DNA of 61,457 nt, counting the filler, from Bdellovibrionota bacterium (lineage in GTDB: Bacteria; Bdellovibrionota; Bdellovibrionia; Bdellovibrionales; JAEYZS01): the NCBI GenBank assembly GCA_963169515.1. It is 6 parts of 6 records of this genome, joined end to end, with 100 filler letters (N's around TTAATTAATTAA, not from the genome) between each part and the next. Parts side by side here need not be neighbours in the genome. Positions count along the whole stretch, not along the records: positions 1 to 13,528 come from CAUJEF010000146.1; positions 13,629 to 21,392 come from CAUJEF010000147.1; positions 21,493 to 31,055 come from CAUJEF010000148.1; 3 more parts are not named here. One strand, given 5' to 3'. The notes under the pieces were generated by a model, which saw only the letters and a program-made list of their open reading frames with translations, was not told the DNA's origin and ran no database searches. Both the position numbers and the translations under genes were made by a program. The stretch's first letter is position 1. Each line of letters begins with the position of its first letter. Shown in pieces: positions 10,541-21,614 of this stretch.

Positions 10541-11210
10541 ATTTGCCATCCCCCTCATAGAAGCCAAAGGAATTCACAAGAGTTATGGCGAAGGCCTGCA
10601 TGTATTAAAAAATATCGATCTTACTGTGTCCGAAGGGGATTCTATTTGCATCATGGGTGCGTCAGGCGCTGGAAAAAGTACGTTACTCCACATTTTGGGC
10701 ACTTTGGATAAGCCAACCCAAGGCGAAGTTTACTTTAAAGGTAGTAAACTTTCAGAAAAATCTGATGCGGAACTCAGCCGGTTTCGGAATCGCGCAATGG
10801 GATTTGTATTCCAGTTCCACTACTTATTAAAAGAATTTAATGCGCTCGAAAATGTTATGATGCCGTGTCGGATAGCGGGTATGTCTGAGCGGGAGAGTCG
10901 CCGAAAAGCAGAAGAGCTTCTTATTGATTTGGGAATGCAAAATCGTATGGATCATCACCCTACTGAGCTTAGCGGCGGGGAGCAGCAAAGGGTTGCAATT
11001 GCTCGTGCTTTGAGTATGAGACCGGATATTTTGTTTGCCGATGAGCCCACAGGGAACTTAGATTCACAAAACACATTGAAAATCCAAGAACTCTTTTTTG
11101 CCCTGAAAAAGAAGTACAATTTGACCCTGGTTGTTGTGAGTCACGATATCGATTTTGCCAAAAAATTTCCCAAGGTTTATCGTTTGAAGGATGGTCAGTG
11201 GAGCAGATGA
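10533..11210 (+). CDS. lolD: Lipoprotein-releasing ABC transporter ATPase (likely start ATG 10533)
   Basis: GASGAGKST, GFVFQFHYL, LSGGEQQRVAIARAL, DEPTGNLD. Confidence 0.92.
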   Translation: MNKFAIPLIEAKGIHKSYGEGLHVLKNIDLTVSEGDSICIMGASGAGKSTLLHILGTLDKPTQGEVYFKGSKLSEKSDAELSRFRNRAMGFVFQFHYLLKEFNALENVMMPCRIAGMSERESRRKAEELLIDLGMQNRMDHHPTELSGGEQQRVAIARALSMRPDILFADEPTGNLDSQNTLKIQELFFALKKKYNLTLVVVSHDIDFAKKFPKVYRLKDGQWSR

Positions 11211-11238
11211 GCATCCCCGCGTCATATTCTTAGCGTTT

Positions 11239-11267
11239 TTGACAACACCTAGACCTCACGTTACGCT
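11239..11267 (+). promoter_or_regulatory. Putative sigma70 promoter of bamA
   Basis: TTGACA-N17-TACGCT. Confidence 0.55.
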
Positions 11268-11314
11268 GGCGCAAGCAGATGATATGTAATGAAAACAACT
11301 GAGGATTTTAACCA

Positions 11315-13528
11315 TTGCCCCGGCTAAGTATTTTGGTTCGCAATATAATGATTTTGGCGCTGATTATCTTTCCGTTGTTGGTCTTCGCTCAAAGCAAGAA
11401 TAAGTCCTCAAAAAAAACATCAGCACAATCCTCTTCTGTGAGAATTGCAAGGGTCTTGGTTCAAGGGAACCGTAAAATCGAATCAGATGCTATCTTCCAA
11501 AAAATTCAAACCAAGGCGGGACAAACCTTAGATCTTGAAAAAATCGAAGAAGATCTAAAAGCGATTTTTAAGTTGGGATATTTTTATAATATCGAAGTTA
11601 TAAAAAATAATACAAGCGACGGGGTTCAGATCACTTTCCAGGTCACGGAAAAACCATCTATCGTAGAAATCGTCTACAAAGGCAACGATGAACTCGACAC
11701 CAATGATTTAAAAGAGGCATCTGGTATAAAGCCGTTTGAGATCATGGATATCTCTGCAATTCAAAACGCCCAGAAAAAAATAGAAAAGGCGTACGAAGAA
11801 AAGGGGTTCTTCCTTGCGCAAGTAAAATATCGATTTGAGGACATCCAAAAAGACCAGGCCGTTAGGCTGATTTTTGACATTCAAGAAAACGACAAGGTAA
11901 AAGTAAAAAGTATTAAATTTATTGGTAATAATAAACTCTCAGACAACGAACTAAAATCCAAGATGCTTACGCAAGAAGAGGGTTTTTTTAGTTTCATCAG
12001 TAATTCGGGATCTTTTAAGCAGGAAGCGTTTGATCGTGATACGCAACTGTTACAGTATCTTTATTTCAATAAAGGCTTTGTGCAGGTCAAAGTAAGTCGA
12101 CCGCAAATCACAGTTACGCCGGACAAAAAAAGCATTTACATCGTTACGCGTATTGAAGAGGGTGATCAATTTGACGTCGGCGACGTTGATTTCAAAGGGG
12201 ACTTGCTTTTTTCGACTGATGAAATGAATGCAGCCATCAAAATTAAGGATTCGGGGACATTTGTCTATGAAACTCTTCAGGAAGATCTGAAATCCCTTCA
12301 GGCCAAGTACGGGGATTTGGGGTATGCCTATGCGAATATTATTCCGCGTACGGCAGTTCGGGAAAAGGATAAAAAAGTTGATATTGTCTTTGAAATCGAC
12401 AAAGGCAATAAAGTTTATTTTGGAAGATTTAATGTCGTGGGCAACTCGAAAACGCGCGACAAAGTCGTCCGCCGCGAGATGAACATTTTCGAGGGCGAAT
12501 TGTATAATGAAACACGCAAACGTGAATCTATTGAAGATGTAAAACGTCTCGGTTATTTCGAAGAAGTAAACTTCAATTCCCGAACACCGCCGGGCGAACC
12601 AGACGTGATGGATATCGATATCGCAGTTAAAGAGCGTAATACGGGTAGTATTCAGGTCGGCGCGGGCTATAGCTCTTATCAAAAATTTATTTTCCAGGGA
12701 CAGGTTCAGCAATCAAACTTGTTTGGTAAAGGTCAAAAATTGACGGTATCGGCGAATTTGAGCAAGAGCGATACGAATTTTAATTTTAACTTTACGGAAC
12801 CGTATGTGATGGACACACTGTGGAGCGCGGGCGTTGACTTGTACAAGAGCAAACGCCAGCTTGTCCCATACGATCAAACAAAAGAGGGCGGAGCTGTTAC
12901 CGTAGGTCACCCGCTGGCACCTTACCTTAAAGGTTATTTGCGTTATAAAAATGAAAAAACTCTGATTCGCATCAAAGATTTAACGACAACCCCATTGTTT
13001 GATGAGAAAAACGCTGAAGGCCGAACAAGTTCGGCGACATTCTCGCTTGAATACGATAAGCGCGATGATCGTTTTTCGCCTAAAAAAGGTTTGTACGCGT
13101 TCAGCTCGGTTGAGTACGCGGGACTTGGGGGGGATAAGACCTATACGCTCCTTTCAAATAATCTGCGTTTTTATGTTCCTATATTTTGGGATTTGGTATG
13201 GAGAAATAATATCAGTTATGGATTTATAGGTGGCCCAACAGAGCAAGACATTCCGTTTAACGAGTTGTTCTTATTGGGGGGGCCGAACACGCTTCGCGGT
13301 TATCAATTCTTTTCTGTGGGAAAGAAAAAACAAGTCCCTTTGACTGGGAAATTTATTCCATTTGGCGGTCGCCAAAGCCTGTATTATAACCTTGAAATTG
13401 AATTCCCATTGATCTCAGAAGCGGGGATTAAAGGTGTCTTATTTTATGATATCGGTTATGCCGACGATAGCATTGTCTTTAGTGACTTCCGCAGTAACTA
13501 TGGCTTCGGCTTTCGATGGTTTTCGCCG
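11315..13528 (+). CDS. bamA: Outer membrane protein assembly factor BamA; 3' end truncated by contig end
   Basis: POTRA repeats, FLLGGPNTLRGY motif, ends GFGFRWFSP at the gap. Confidence 0.95.
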
Positions 13529-13628
13529 NNNNNNNNNNNNNNNNNNNNNNNNNNNNNNNNNNNNNNNNNNNNTTAATTAATTAANNNNNNNNNNNNNNNN
13601 NNNNNNNNNNNNNNNNNNNNNNNNNNNN
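13529..13628. other. Artificial contig linker
   Basis: N-run + TTAATTAATTAA + N-run, 100 nt. Confidence 0.97.
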
Positions 13629-13790
13629 CACCTGAGAGCCTTTATGCGCTATAATTTGAGTTACGGGTTATTCTTAGTGGGCGGCGCGGATGACATTCTT
13701 AATAAAGATACATATTCTAGTTATGTTGGTGCTGGCATAGATTTGACTAATGACGACTTGGGAATGTTATTTTCTAAGGTACCATTTTGA
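13629..13790 (+). CDS. C-terminal fragment of a probable MlaD/MCE-family protein
   Basis: Open from contig edge: HLRAFMRYNLSYGLFLVGGADDILNKDTYSSYVGAGIDLTNDDLGMLFSKVPF*; stop overlaps purH ATG. Family call is from recalled resemblance of the tail only. Confidence 0.5.
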   Translation, partial: HLRAFMRYNLSYGLFLVGGADDILNKDTYSSYVGAGIDLTNDDLGMLFSKVPF

Positions 13791-15301
13791 TGTTTAAAAA
13801 TGCGCTTATTTCTTGCTCAGACAAAAAAGGTCTGGCGGAATTTTTAAAAAAGTTTCCTAATCTCCGTATCGTTTCAACGGGTGGGACGGCGGCTTACCTA
13901 AGAAAAAACCATATACCTGTTGTTGAAGTTTCTGAGCAAACTGGGTTCCCCGAAGTGATGGACGGGCGTGTGAGAACGCTCCACCCCAATATTCATATGG
14001 CCCTACTTGCGCGGGAAGAAAACTCGCACGATATGGAAGTTTTAAAAAAGCATGATTTAGAAAAGTTTGATTTAGTAATTGGTAATCTTTATCCATTCGA
14101 AGAACAGTCTAAGAGTAAAATGAGTGACCGGGAACTGTCAGAGTTTATAGATATCGGTGGGGTTGCCCTATTGAGGGCTGCCGCAAAGAATTACCAGCAA
14201 ATCACGGTGATCTGCGACTCTGACGATTATGATTGGGTTGGGGATGAGGCAGAAGTGTCACTGGAAAAAAGAAAATATTTAGCAGGTAAAGTTTTTGCCC
14301 ATATTTCATCTTACGACAGTTTGATTGCAAAAAAACTTTTGGGTTTTCCTCTTCAGCAAAAAGAAATTTCATTCGGAGCTAAGCTTGTACAACCGTTGCG
14401 ATATGGAGAAAATCCCCATCAAGACGCGAATTGGTTAAAACTTGTGGGTGAAGAATTCGGTATTCACAATGCAAAGGTGCTTTCTGGAAAACCTCTTTCA
14501 TACAATAATATTTTGGATATCGATGCAGCGGCAATTTTGGGAAAGGAATTCACAGAAGCGGTTTGCGTTGCGGTAAAACATAATAACCCCTGCGGTGTCG
14601 GGGCAGATCAAGATGCGAAGATTGCTGTTAAAAAATGCCTTGAAGCAGATCCTATAAGCGTTTTTGGTGGAATTGTTGTATGCAATCGGCCTATCGATAT
14701 GGGTGAAGCGGATTTGTTGTGTCCAATTTTTTTGGAATGTATTGTGGCTCCAGAGTTTTCACCTAAGGCTTTTCAAAAGCTGTCACAAAAGAAAAATCTT
14801 CGATTGCTGGAATGGAATACTTTTGAAAAAGAGCATCTTTACGAGATTCGATCTATTAGCGGCGGCATACTTATGCAGACGTGCGATAAAGCTGACCGAG
14901 AATGGGGTCCCACATGGATATGCCATGGTACAGCACCCGATGCTGAAAAAAAACAAGAACTGCTATTCGCATGGAAGGTATGCACAGCGCTTAAGAGTAA
15001 TTCCATCGCCTTAACATCTGAACGTCAGACGGTTGGGCTTGGTATGGGACAGGTGAATCGTGTGGATGCTGTTGATCATGCGATTGGACGGTGGAAAAAA
15101 AATCACCCTGACAAAAATGATGTCGTAATGGCGAGTGACGCCTTTTTTCCATTTGCAGACTCAGTGGCAGCAGCGGCCAAAGCTGGCATAAGATGGATAA
15201 TACAGCCAGGTGGTTCTATAAAAGACGAAGAGGTTTTGATGGCGGCTCACCACCATGGCGTGAACATGATTTTGACGCATAAAAGACATTTTAGGCACTA
15301 G
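13790..15301 (+). CDS. purH: Bifunctional AICAR transformylase / IMP cyclohydrolase
   Basis: STGGT, GRVRTLHP, IDIGG, LRYGENPHQ, KHNNPCG, ASDAFFPF, RHFRH. Confidence 0.97.
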   Translation: MFKNALISCSDKKGLAEFLKKFPNLRIVSTGGTAAYLRKNHIPVVEVSEQTGFPEVMDGRVRTLHPNIHMALLAREENSHDMEVLKKHDLEKFDLVIGNLYPFEEQSKSKMSDRELSEFIDIGGVALLRAAAKNYQQITVICDSDDYDWVGDEAEVSLEKRKYLAGKVFAHISSYDSLIAKKLLGFPLQQKEISFGAKLVQPLRYGENPHQDANWLKLVGEEFGIHNAKVLSGKPLSYNNILDIDAAAILGKEFTEAVCVAVKHNNPCGVGADQDAKIAVKKCLEADPISVFGGIVVCNRPIDMGEADLLCPIFLECIVAPEFSPKAFQKLSQKKNLRLLEWNTFEKEHLYEIRSISGGILMQTCDKADREWGPTWICHGTAPDAEKKQELLFAWKVCTALKSNSIALTSERQTVGLGMGQVNRVDAVDHAIGRWKKNHPDKNDVVMASDAFFPFADSVAAAAKAGIRWIIQPGGSIKDEEVLMAAHHHGVNMILTHKRHFRH

Positions 15302-15315
15302 GAGCGAATTTTTAT

Positions 15316-16986
15316 ATGGAAAAGACATGGCTTGTTAAATCATCAGGACGAATCATCGGGCCACTGAGCTTTGATGATATTGTTCAGGGTTTAAAATCCA
15401 AAGAGTATGTTGTGCTTGATGAGGTGGCAAAGCCATTCGGCCGCTGGCGATACCTTCGTGATGAAGAAGCCTTTGAAAAGATCATCAACGACCTTAAAGG
15501 AAAGGATTCAGTACATTCTGAATCCACAGTTACGGGAACTTTGAGTTTTACTGAGAGCACGACAGAGGTTGTTCTTGGCACCCATGAAAAGACTGTACAT
15601 ATTCTTCCAGACTATGGTGACGACGGAAAGGAAATAGGGAAGGCAGTTCCGCCAACTAAGGTGTTTGGGTTCGAGCCAGATCCAAAAAAGTGGAACCGAA
15701 TCCTTTCGTTGGTTTTAGTTTTGATCGTAGTGACAATTGCGTTCTTTTATACAAAAGAAAAGCCATCTGGAAGAAATAATATCAGTTACGGTGATACCAT
15801 TCGTCAGGCACAATTTTTGAAATCTATTGGTGATTACGAAGGCGCTAAGTTAGAATATTTAAACGCTAGGAACATAGAGTCGGACGACGATGAATCTGCC
15901 TTGAACCTGGCCGCACTATTGATTTATTTTCAAGATACAGTCACCGCAGAGCGGATGTTAACACAAGTTTTAAAGAGCAATCCAATGGATCAAATGAAAA
16001 AAATAATTTTCAATTACCTTGGCATGATCCAATTGTTTCATTTTGACAGTGATGGTGGGAAGCAAAATTTTGAAGAAGCGCTCAAAATTGACCCCAATTA
16101 TGTACCAGCATTGTTTAATTTGGGTATGACTCAATTTATGGATAAAAATTTTAAATACGCGGGAACCAGTTATCTTAAGTCGATCAAGAACGGCGGCGTT
16201 GATGCCTACATATACGTGATGCTAGTGAATGCCTTTTTGGAACAAATTAAGTCCGGCACACTTGAAAAAGAGAAATTAAATGATTTAATTGAAATTAACA
16301 ATATTATCGTTCAAAAAAATCCAACTCAATTTCAAGAACAAAGCATCGCGTATGCATATGTGCTTTATAGACTTGGGAACAAAAAGGATGTGCTTGCGAT
16401 ACTTGAAAAAGTTTTAGATTCAGATCCTGATGAGACGACCGATCACGACGAGAACTTGGATTATTTTAAGGACAAGCCAATTTGGCACTTTCTTACGCTT
16501 TGGCTTAAAGACATGAGCCGTGAGTTTAAATCTTCGGGCCGAGTTGAGGCTTTATTAGGATATTCTTATTTTAAAAATAAAGAACGTGTCGAAGGAAAAA
16601 ATTTGATTGATCATGCCCTCCGAGTAGCTCCGAACGACATATTGATTCAAGCAATGTCAAGCTACACTGCAAGTGTGGCAAACAATGAAGACGAAGCTGT
16701 GGCCATTTTAAATGCAACAAAAGCGGGCGAAGAATTTCAGCTTCCATACATTTTGAAAGCAAGACATTGTATGGCTGAGGCAAATGTTACTTGCGCCGAT
16801 GAGAGCTGGAGGAAGGTTCAAAAAATTAATCCGGAATCTCTAACTGCGTATGATGGGCTTGCCCAAATTGCACTTATGGAAAATAATGTAATTCAAGCGA
16901 AGAAATATGTTGATAAGGGTTTGTTAAAATCTCCCACGTATGAACCACTATTAAAACTGAAAAAGCAAATCGATGAAAAAAATTAA
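15316..16986 (+). CDS. Membrane-anchored TPR protein with N-terminal GYF_2-like domain
   Basis: N-terminal W...GP...W pattern, one TM, multiple TPR-like units (ALKIDPNYVPALFNLG). Confidence 0.7.
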   Translation: MEKTWLVKSSGRIIGPLSFDDIVQGLKSKEYVVLDEVAKPFGRWRYLRDEEAFEKIINDLKGKDSVHSESTVTGTLSFTESTTEVVLGTHEKTVHILPDYGDDGKEIGKAVPPTKVFGFEPDPKKWNRILSLVLVLIVVTIAFFYTKEKPSGRNNISYGDTIRQAQFLKSIGDYEGAKLEYLNARNIESDDDESALNLAALLIYFQDTVTAERMLTQVLKSNPMDQMKKIIFNYLGMIQLFHFDSDGGKQNFEEALKIDPNYVPALFNLGMTQFMDKNFKYAGTSYLKSIKNGGVDAYIYVMLVNAFLEQIKSGTLEKEKLNDLIEINNIIVQKNPTQFQEQSIAYAYVLYRLGNKKDVLAILEKVLDSDPDETTDHDENLDYFKDKPIWHFLTLWLKDMSREFKSSGRVEALLGYSYFKNKERVEGKNLIDHALRVAPNDILIQAMSSYTASVANNEDEAVAILNATKAGEEFQLPYILKARHCMAEANVTCADESWRKVQKINPESLTAYDGLAQIALMENNVIQAKKYVDKGLLKSPTYEPLLKLKKQIDEKN

Positions 16987-17623
16987 TATTTTATTATTGT
17001 TGATCTTAATTTCTTGTGCAAAAGGTTCGAACTTATCCAAAGTATCAAACTTGGACTATTCTGAACAGGAAGTGAAACTTAGCCTTCCCCAACCATTGTG
17101 GGACAGGATTACGATGCGCTATCAAGGCAATCAGAAATTCAAAGAAAACAAGTATGATTTTTTCGAAGGCATTCCCTTAAACATTTCTGTTGTATCCCCT
17201 AAAAAAGGAGTCTTTAACACAAATTATACTCAAATTGGGCTCGCAACTTTTGGAGCGAATATAGATTTTGCTGAACTGGGGAGTGATAAAGAACGAGGAC
17301 CCGTGGAGCTAGATTTTAAGACAGATTTGAAGGAAGAAGAAATGAAGGACTTACAGGTTTACTATTCCAGCAATTCTCGTAGACGAAAAATTGATGGGGA
17401 GCAAATTGGAAATGGATGTAATGTGCTGCTGGACCTTACAAGTTATTTTAAAAATGAGGTTTTTAAAAGACATATTCTTCTTCACACGGGTCAAATGCGA
17501 CATATCAGCGCTGTGGCGGGAACATTTTATTTTGTTTCCGCAGAGCCGCAGCGCTTGCGAATATCACAAGTGACATTTACCGATTCTCGCCATACTGAAT
17601 TGACCTGTGAGGAAAAAATATGA
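16973..17623 (+). CDS. Hypothetical lipoprotein
   Basis: Lipobox LISC; overlaps both neighbours. Confidence 0.7.
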   Translation: MKKINILLLLILISCAKGSNLSKVSNLDYSEQEVKLSLPQPLWDRITMRYQGNQKFKENKYDFFEGIPLNISVVSPKKGVFNTNYTQIGLATFGANIDFAELGSDKERGPVELDFKTDLKEEEMKDLQVYYSSNSRRRKIDGEQIGNGCNVLLDLTSYFKNEVFKRHILLHTGQMRHISAVAGTFYFVSAEPQRLRISQVTFTDSRHTELTCEEKI

Positions 17624-18507
17624 AGGAACTTGTTTCAATTAATGATCAAATATACTCTATCAAGGAAGCAAAAATTTCTGTTTTCGATCGTGGTTTTCTT
17701 TTTGGAGATGCTGTCTATGAAGTTACGCGATCTTACGGGCGAATTTTTTTTCAAATCGAAGATCATATAGATCGCTTGTTTAATTCAGCAGACAATATCA
17801 ACATGAATCTGGGGCGCACGAAGGAGCAGATGATCGCCCACATTTATGAAATATATAAAAAAATAGATATAGATAACATCTATATGCGAATTCAAATATC
17901 GCGTGGCGATGGCCCCATCGGCATGAGCCCAAAGCTTGTGAAAACGCCAAATGAAGTCATTTATATGTATCCATTTCAACCGTCACCTGGGGAGTATTAT
18001 AGCCAAGGTGTTTCAATTTGTGTGACTGAGCGTAGGCGTAATGCGAAAAGGGCACTAGATCCAAATATTAAATCGGGCAACTATTTGAACAATGTTCTTG
18101 CTTTTATCGAAGGCGAAAAGATTAATGCTTATGAAACATTTATGGTGAACGCGCAGGGCCATGTGACCGAAGGAACAACTTCAAATATTTTCATGGTCAA
18201 GGGCAAAACTATCATTACTCCGCCGGAAGAATATGACATTTTAAAAGGTATTACTCGTAAAATTGTCATTGGCATTGCTCAGAATGAAAAATTTAAAATC
18301 GAAGAAAAAGGTTTCGGTTTAGAAGAGCTACTGGATGCGGACGAAGTATTTTTGACTTCTTCCACCAGAGAAATAATGCCAATTCGATTGATCAATCAAA
18401 ATAAGGTATCGGCTCCGGGCGCTGCGACGAGAATTTTACACTCTAAATATAAAGAATTTATCAATGATTATTGTAAAAGAGCTGCGTCTACCCACCCCTG
18501 GAAATAA
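17620..18507 (+). CDS. PLP fold-IV aminotransferase (D-amino-acid / branched-chain type)
   Basis: DRGFLFGDAVYE, KSGNYL, EGTTSN, LKGITR. Confidence 0.9.
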   Translation: MKELVSINDQIYSIKEAKISVFDRGFLFGDAVYEVTRSYGRIFFQIEDHIDRLFNSADNINMNLGRTKEQMIAHIYEIYKKIDIDNIYMRIQISRGDGPIGMSPKLVKTPNEVIYMYPFQPSPGEYYSQGVSICVTERRRNAKRALDPNIKSGNYLNNVLAFIEGEKINAYETFMVNAQGHVTEGTTSNIFMVKGKTIITPPEEYDILKGITRKIVIGIAQNEKFKIEEKGFGLEELLDADEVFLTSSTREIMPIRLINQNKVSAPGAATRILHSKYKEFINDYCKRAASTHPWK

Positions 18508-18604
18508 AAATAATAAACAATTTGATTTTAGGAAGGAACGGGTTAAATTTAATGAGGCCTCGCGGCGAGTCGTATTAATATAAATAATAGGCTGGAGACA
18601 TAAT

Positions 18605-19567
18605 ATGGATAAAGTTTTTGTTGCTAACCTTAAAGCTCCGGACAACATTCACAGTATTTTTTTGGTAAAGACAAAAAATGTATCCGTGGACAAAAAGGGT
18701 AATTCCTACCTTTCGCTCACCCTATCAGACAAAACGGGCCAGGTCGATGCACGTTTTTGGGGTAATGTTGAAGAGCTCACTGTCGATATTGATGATTTTG
18801 TTATGGTGAAAGGTGTTGTTCAAAAATTTCAAAATAGAAATCAAATCGTGGTCCACTCGCTTGAGGTCGTTGATGGTACTCATATAACAATTGCTGATTA
18901 CCTGCCTGTTTCAAAGTTTGATAAAGACGTCATGTTCGATAACCTTTTAAAAATTCTTAGGACCATAGAAAACCCATTCATTAAAAAACTTATGTTTAGT
19001 ATTTTGGAGGACCCGCAAATTCAGCCCTTATTTAAAACATCTCCGGCAGCAAAGAGCGTCCACCATGCCTACATTGGTGGACTGCTGGAACACGCCCTCT
19101 CGATTTGTGAAATTATGAGTTTTTTGGCCTCGCACTATAAAAATTTAAACCGAGATCTATTGTTATTTGGAGCCGTATTTCACGATATTGGAAAAATTTG
19201 GGAGCTGTCGTTTGAAACTCAGATCGGCTATACTGATGTTGGGCGTCTTGTTGGCCATATCCCATTGGGGAGTGAGCTTGTCGAAAAGAGAGCTTCTGAA
19301 ATTTCAAATTTTCCTGTTGAACTGAAGAATATTTGTAAACATATTGTATTGTCACACCATGGCCTTTTGGAATATGGATCGCCGAAGCGACCAAAATGTC
19401 TTGAGGCGATCGTCGTAGGCATGATTGACGACCTTGATAGCAAAATGAATTCGGTTGCGACCTTTATGGCCTCACACGGAGATAGTGAGTCAAAGTGGAC
19501 GAGCTACAATCAAATGTTCGACCGGTATTTCTATACGAGAACATTAAAAAATGAATCGAATAATTAA
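18605..19567 (+). CDS. YhaM/Cbf1-like 3'-5' exoribonuclease (OB fold + HD)
   Basis: LSDKTG OB fold; HHAYIGGLLEH, HDIGK, SHHG. Confidence 0.85.
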   Translation: MDKVFVANLKAPDNIHSIFLVKTKNVSVDKKGNSYLSLTLSDKTGQVDARFWGNVEELTVDIDDFVMVKGVVQKFQNRNQIVVHSLEVVDGTHITIADYLPVSKFDKDVMFDNLLKILRTIENPFIKKLMFSILEDPQIQPLFKTSPAAKSVHHAYIGGLLEHALSICEIMSFLASHYKNLNRDLLLFGAVFHDIGKIWELSFETQIGYTDVGRLVGHIPLGSELVEKRASEISNFPVELKNICKHIVLSHHGLLEYGSPKRPKCLEAIVVGMIDDLDSKMNSVATFMASHGDSESKWTSYNQMFDRYFYTRTLKNESNN

Positions 19568-20399
19568 TCGTCTGAAACAAAAAAGGTGGCACCAACAGTT
19601 GGTGACCATCTTAAAGAAGTGTGATGATGATAATATCACGATCCATTCGGCTTCTTTGACATACACCACGGTTCTTAATTTTATTCCGATCATTGCAATG
19701 GCATATTTTGCATTTGAAATATTAGGAGGATTGGACAAATTTCAATCTGACATCGAACGATTTATCAGTGAAAACCTAGCCCCCAACTTTGGAGATCAAA
19801 TTTTAGGGTTTATAAATTCTGTGCGGAACCAAATTTCTGCAAAGGCTCTTGGTGTTTTTGGCGCCATAGGGTTTGTTTTAGCGGGTATTAATTTGTTGGC
19901 AAAAATAGAACTTTCACTGAACCTTATATGGGGAAAAAAACGTGCGCGACCATGGATGCAAAAGATGTCTACGTTTTGGACCCTGATTTCTTTGGGACCC
20001 ATTCTTTTGGGTGTTTCCTTGGTGGTTACAGGAAATGCGGTAGCTTGGCTTCGCTCAGACCATGGAGAAATCGCAAGAGTCATTGTTTTTGCCTGGCAAT
20101 TCATTCCATATGTGACATCTACAATGCTTATGACGATGGTCTATATGTGGCTACCGGCCCACAAAGTCCATTTTAAAAATGCTTTTAAAGCGGGCGTTAT
20201 TTCGGGTGTAATATTTGAAGTCGCAAAGCAATTATACGCTATGTACGCCATTAGAGCGATTAGCTCGAGCATTTATGGATCACTTGCGGTGGCCCCAGTA
20301 TTTTTGTTATGGCTGAATTTTGTTTGGATGATCTTTCTCTTTGGCGCTCAAGTCTGCTACTTTTTGAATGAAAAGCCAGGCCAAATGCGTTCAGTCTAA
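19551..20399 (+). CDS. YihY/virulence factor BrkB family membrane protein
   Basis: [26 protein letters not shown]. Confidence 0.87.
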   Translation: MNRIINRLKQKRWHQQLVTILKKCDDDNITIHSASLTYTTVLNFIPIIAMAYFAFEILGGLDKFQSDIERFISENLAPNFGDQILGFINSVRNQISAKALGVFGAIGFVLAGINLLAKIELSLNLIWGKKRARPWMQKMSTFWTLISLGPILLGVSLVVTGNAVAWLRSDHGEIARVIVFAWQFIPYVTSTMLMTMVYMWLPAHKVHFKNAFKAGVISGVIFEVAKQLYAMYAIRAISSSIYGSLAVAPVFLLWLNFVWMIFLFGAQVCYFLNEKPGQMRSV

Positions 20400-20449
20400 A
20401 TAAAACAGATGATGACGTCGATAGAGTTGTACTGTTAAAGGATTCTTCA

Positions 20450-20953
20450 ATGATGGACTTTTTAAATGCCTACAGAAGATACGACCCTGCCGCGAAATCG
20501 TTTTTTGAAATTGTTCTCTGTTATCCCGGACCAAAAGCTATATTATTCCATCGTGTAGCTCACTTTTTCTACTCAATTCACTTGTATTTATTTGCTCGCC
20601 TTATCTCTGAGATGTCGCGCTTTATCACTGGAATTGAAATTCATCCGGGCGCAAAAATTGGAAAGCGTCTAGTGATTGACCATGGCATGGGTGTTGTGGT
20701 GGGTGAAACTGCGGTGATAGGGGATGATTGTCTGATCTATCATGGCACGACTTTGGGTGGGGTAAATCGGGTCAACGGCCCTCGTCACCCAACGGTCGGT
20801 AATAAAGTCATTATCGGAGCAGGTGCAAAAGTTCTAGGGCCGATTCATATTGGTGATGAGGCAATGATTGGTGCAAATGCAATTATCACAAAAGATGTTG
20901 CAATGGGGTCAACTGTTATTGGCGCTAACCAAGTTATAAATCAGCGTTTATAG
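20450..20953 (+). CDS. cysE: Serine O-acetyltransferase
   Basis: [33 protein letters not shown]. Confidence 0.92.
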   Translation: MMDFLNAYRRYDPAAKSFFEIVLCYPGPKAILFHRVAHFFYSIHLYLFARLISEMSRFITGIEIHPGAKIGKRLVIDHGMGVVVGETAVIGDDCLIYHGTTLGGVNRVNGPRHPTVGNKVIIGAGAKVLGPIHIGDEAMIGANAIITKDVAMGSTVIGANQVINQRL

Positions 20954-21392
20954 ATTAATAAAACGAATTCTCGTTTTGCTTTTGGTATTTTTTGGGCAAG
21001 GTTTTTTAAAGTATCTTCATAGATTTCTTCATTTTCATAAGTAAGATCCATTCCGATCAGTGCCCGGTGAGTGGGCAAAACATCCGCGAGTTCAGCAAGA
21101 AATGAATTCATCCGGTATGGAGTATCCATTACAAAAATATTATCTTTGATGGTTGCTATTTTTTTTATAGCAGGGCTACGTAGCTCTTTATCCTGAGGCA
21201 AAAATCCTAAAAATGTAAAGGTCTCAATCTTTTCGCTTGAAAGGCTGAGCAATGTCATCAGGCTGGAAGCTCCGGGGGAGCTGGTGATCTTGATACCACT
21301 GTTGCGACACTCTTTGATCAATTGCCACCCGGGATCACAAAACCCGGGAGTTCCACAATCTGAAACCAGAGCAACGGATTTTGATTTTATTA
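20941..21392 (-). CDS. rsmI: RsmI-like SAM-dependent methyltransferase; 5' end truncated by gap
   Basis: Frame open to contig edge: [27 protein letters not shown]. Confidence 0.75.
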
Positions 21393-21492
21393 NNNNNNNN
21401 NNNNNNNNNNNNNNNNNNNNNNNNNNNNNNNNNNNNTTAATTAATTAANNNNNNNNNNNNNNNNNNNNNNNNNNNNNNNNNNNNNNNNNNNN
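21393..21492. other. Artificial contig linker
   Basis: N-run + TTAATTAATTAA + N-run. Confidence 0.97.
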
Positions 21493-21614
21493 AATTTTCC
21501 ATAATTTGAAAAATTATTTATATAAACTCTTAATTACATTAATATAATTATTTAATTGATAAAAATAATAAAAAAAAATACATAAAAAAATATAATAAGA
21601 TACTGAGGGATTAA

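Noticed and set aside
12050..12712. Long antisense ORFs (this 220-aa one; also 4502-5023, 40410-40925 and others)
   Set aside because: Shadows of well-supported genes on the opposite strand, with no motifs
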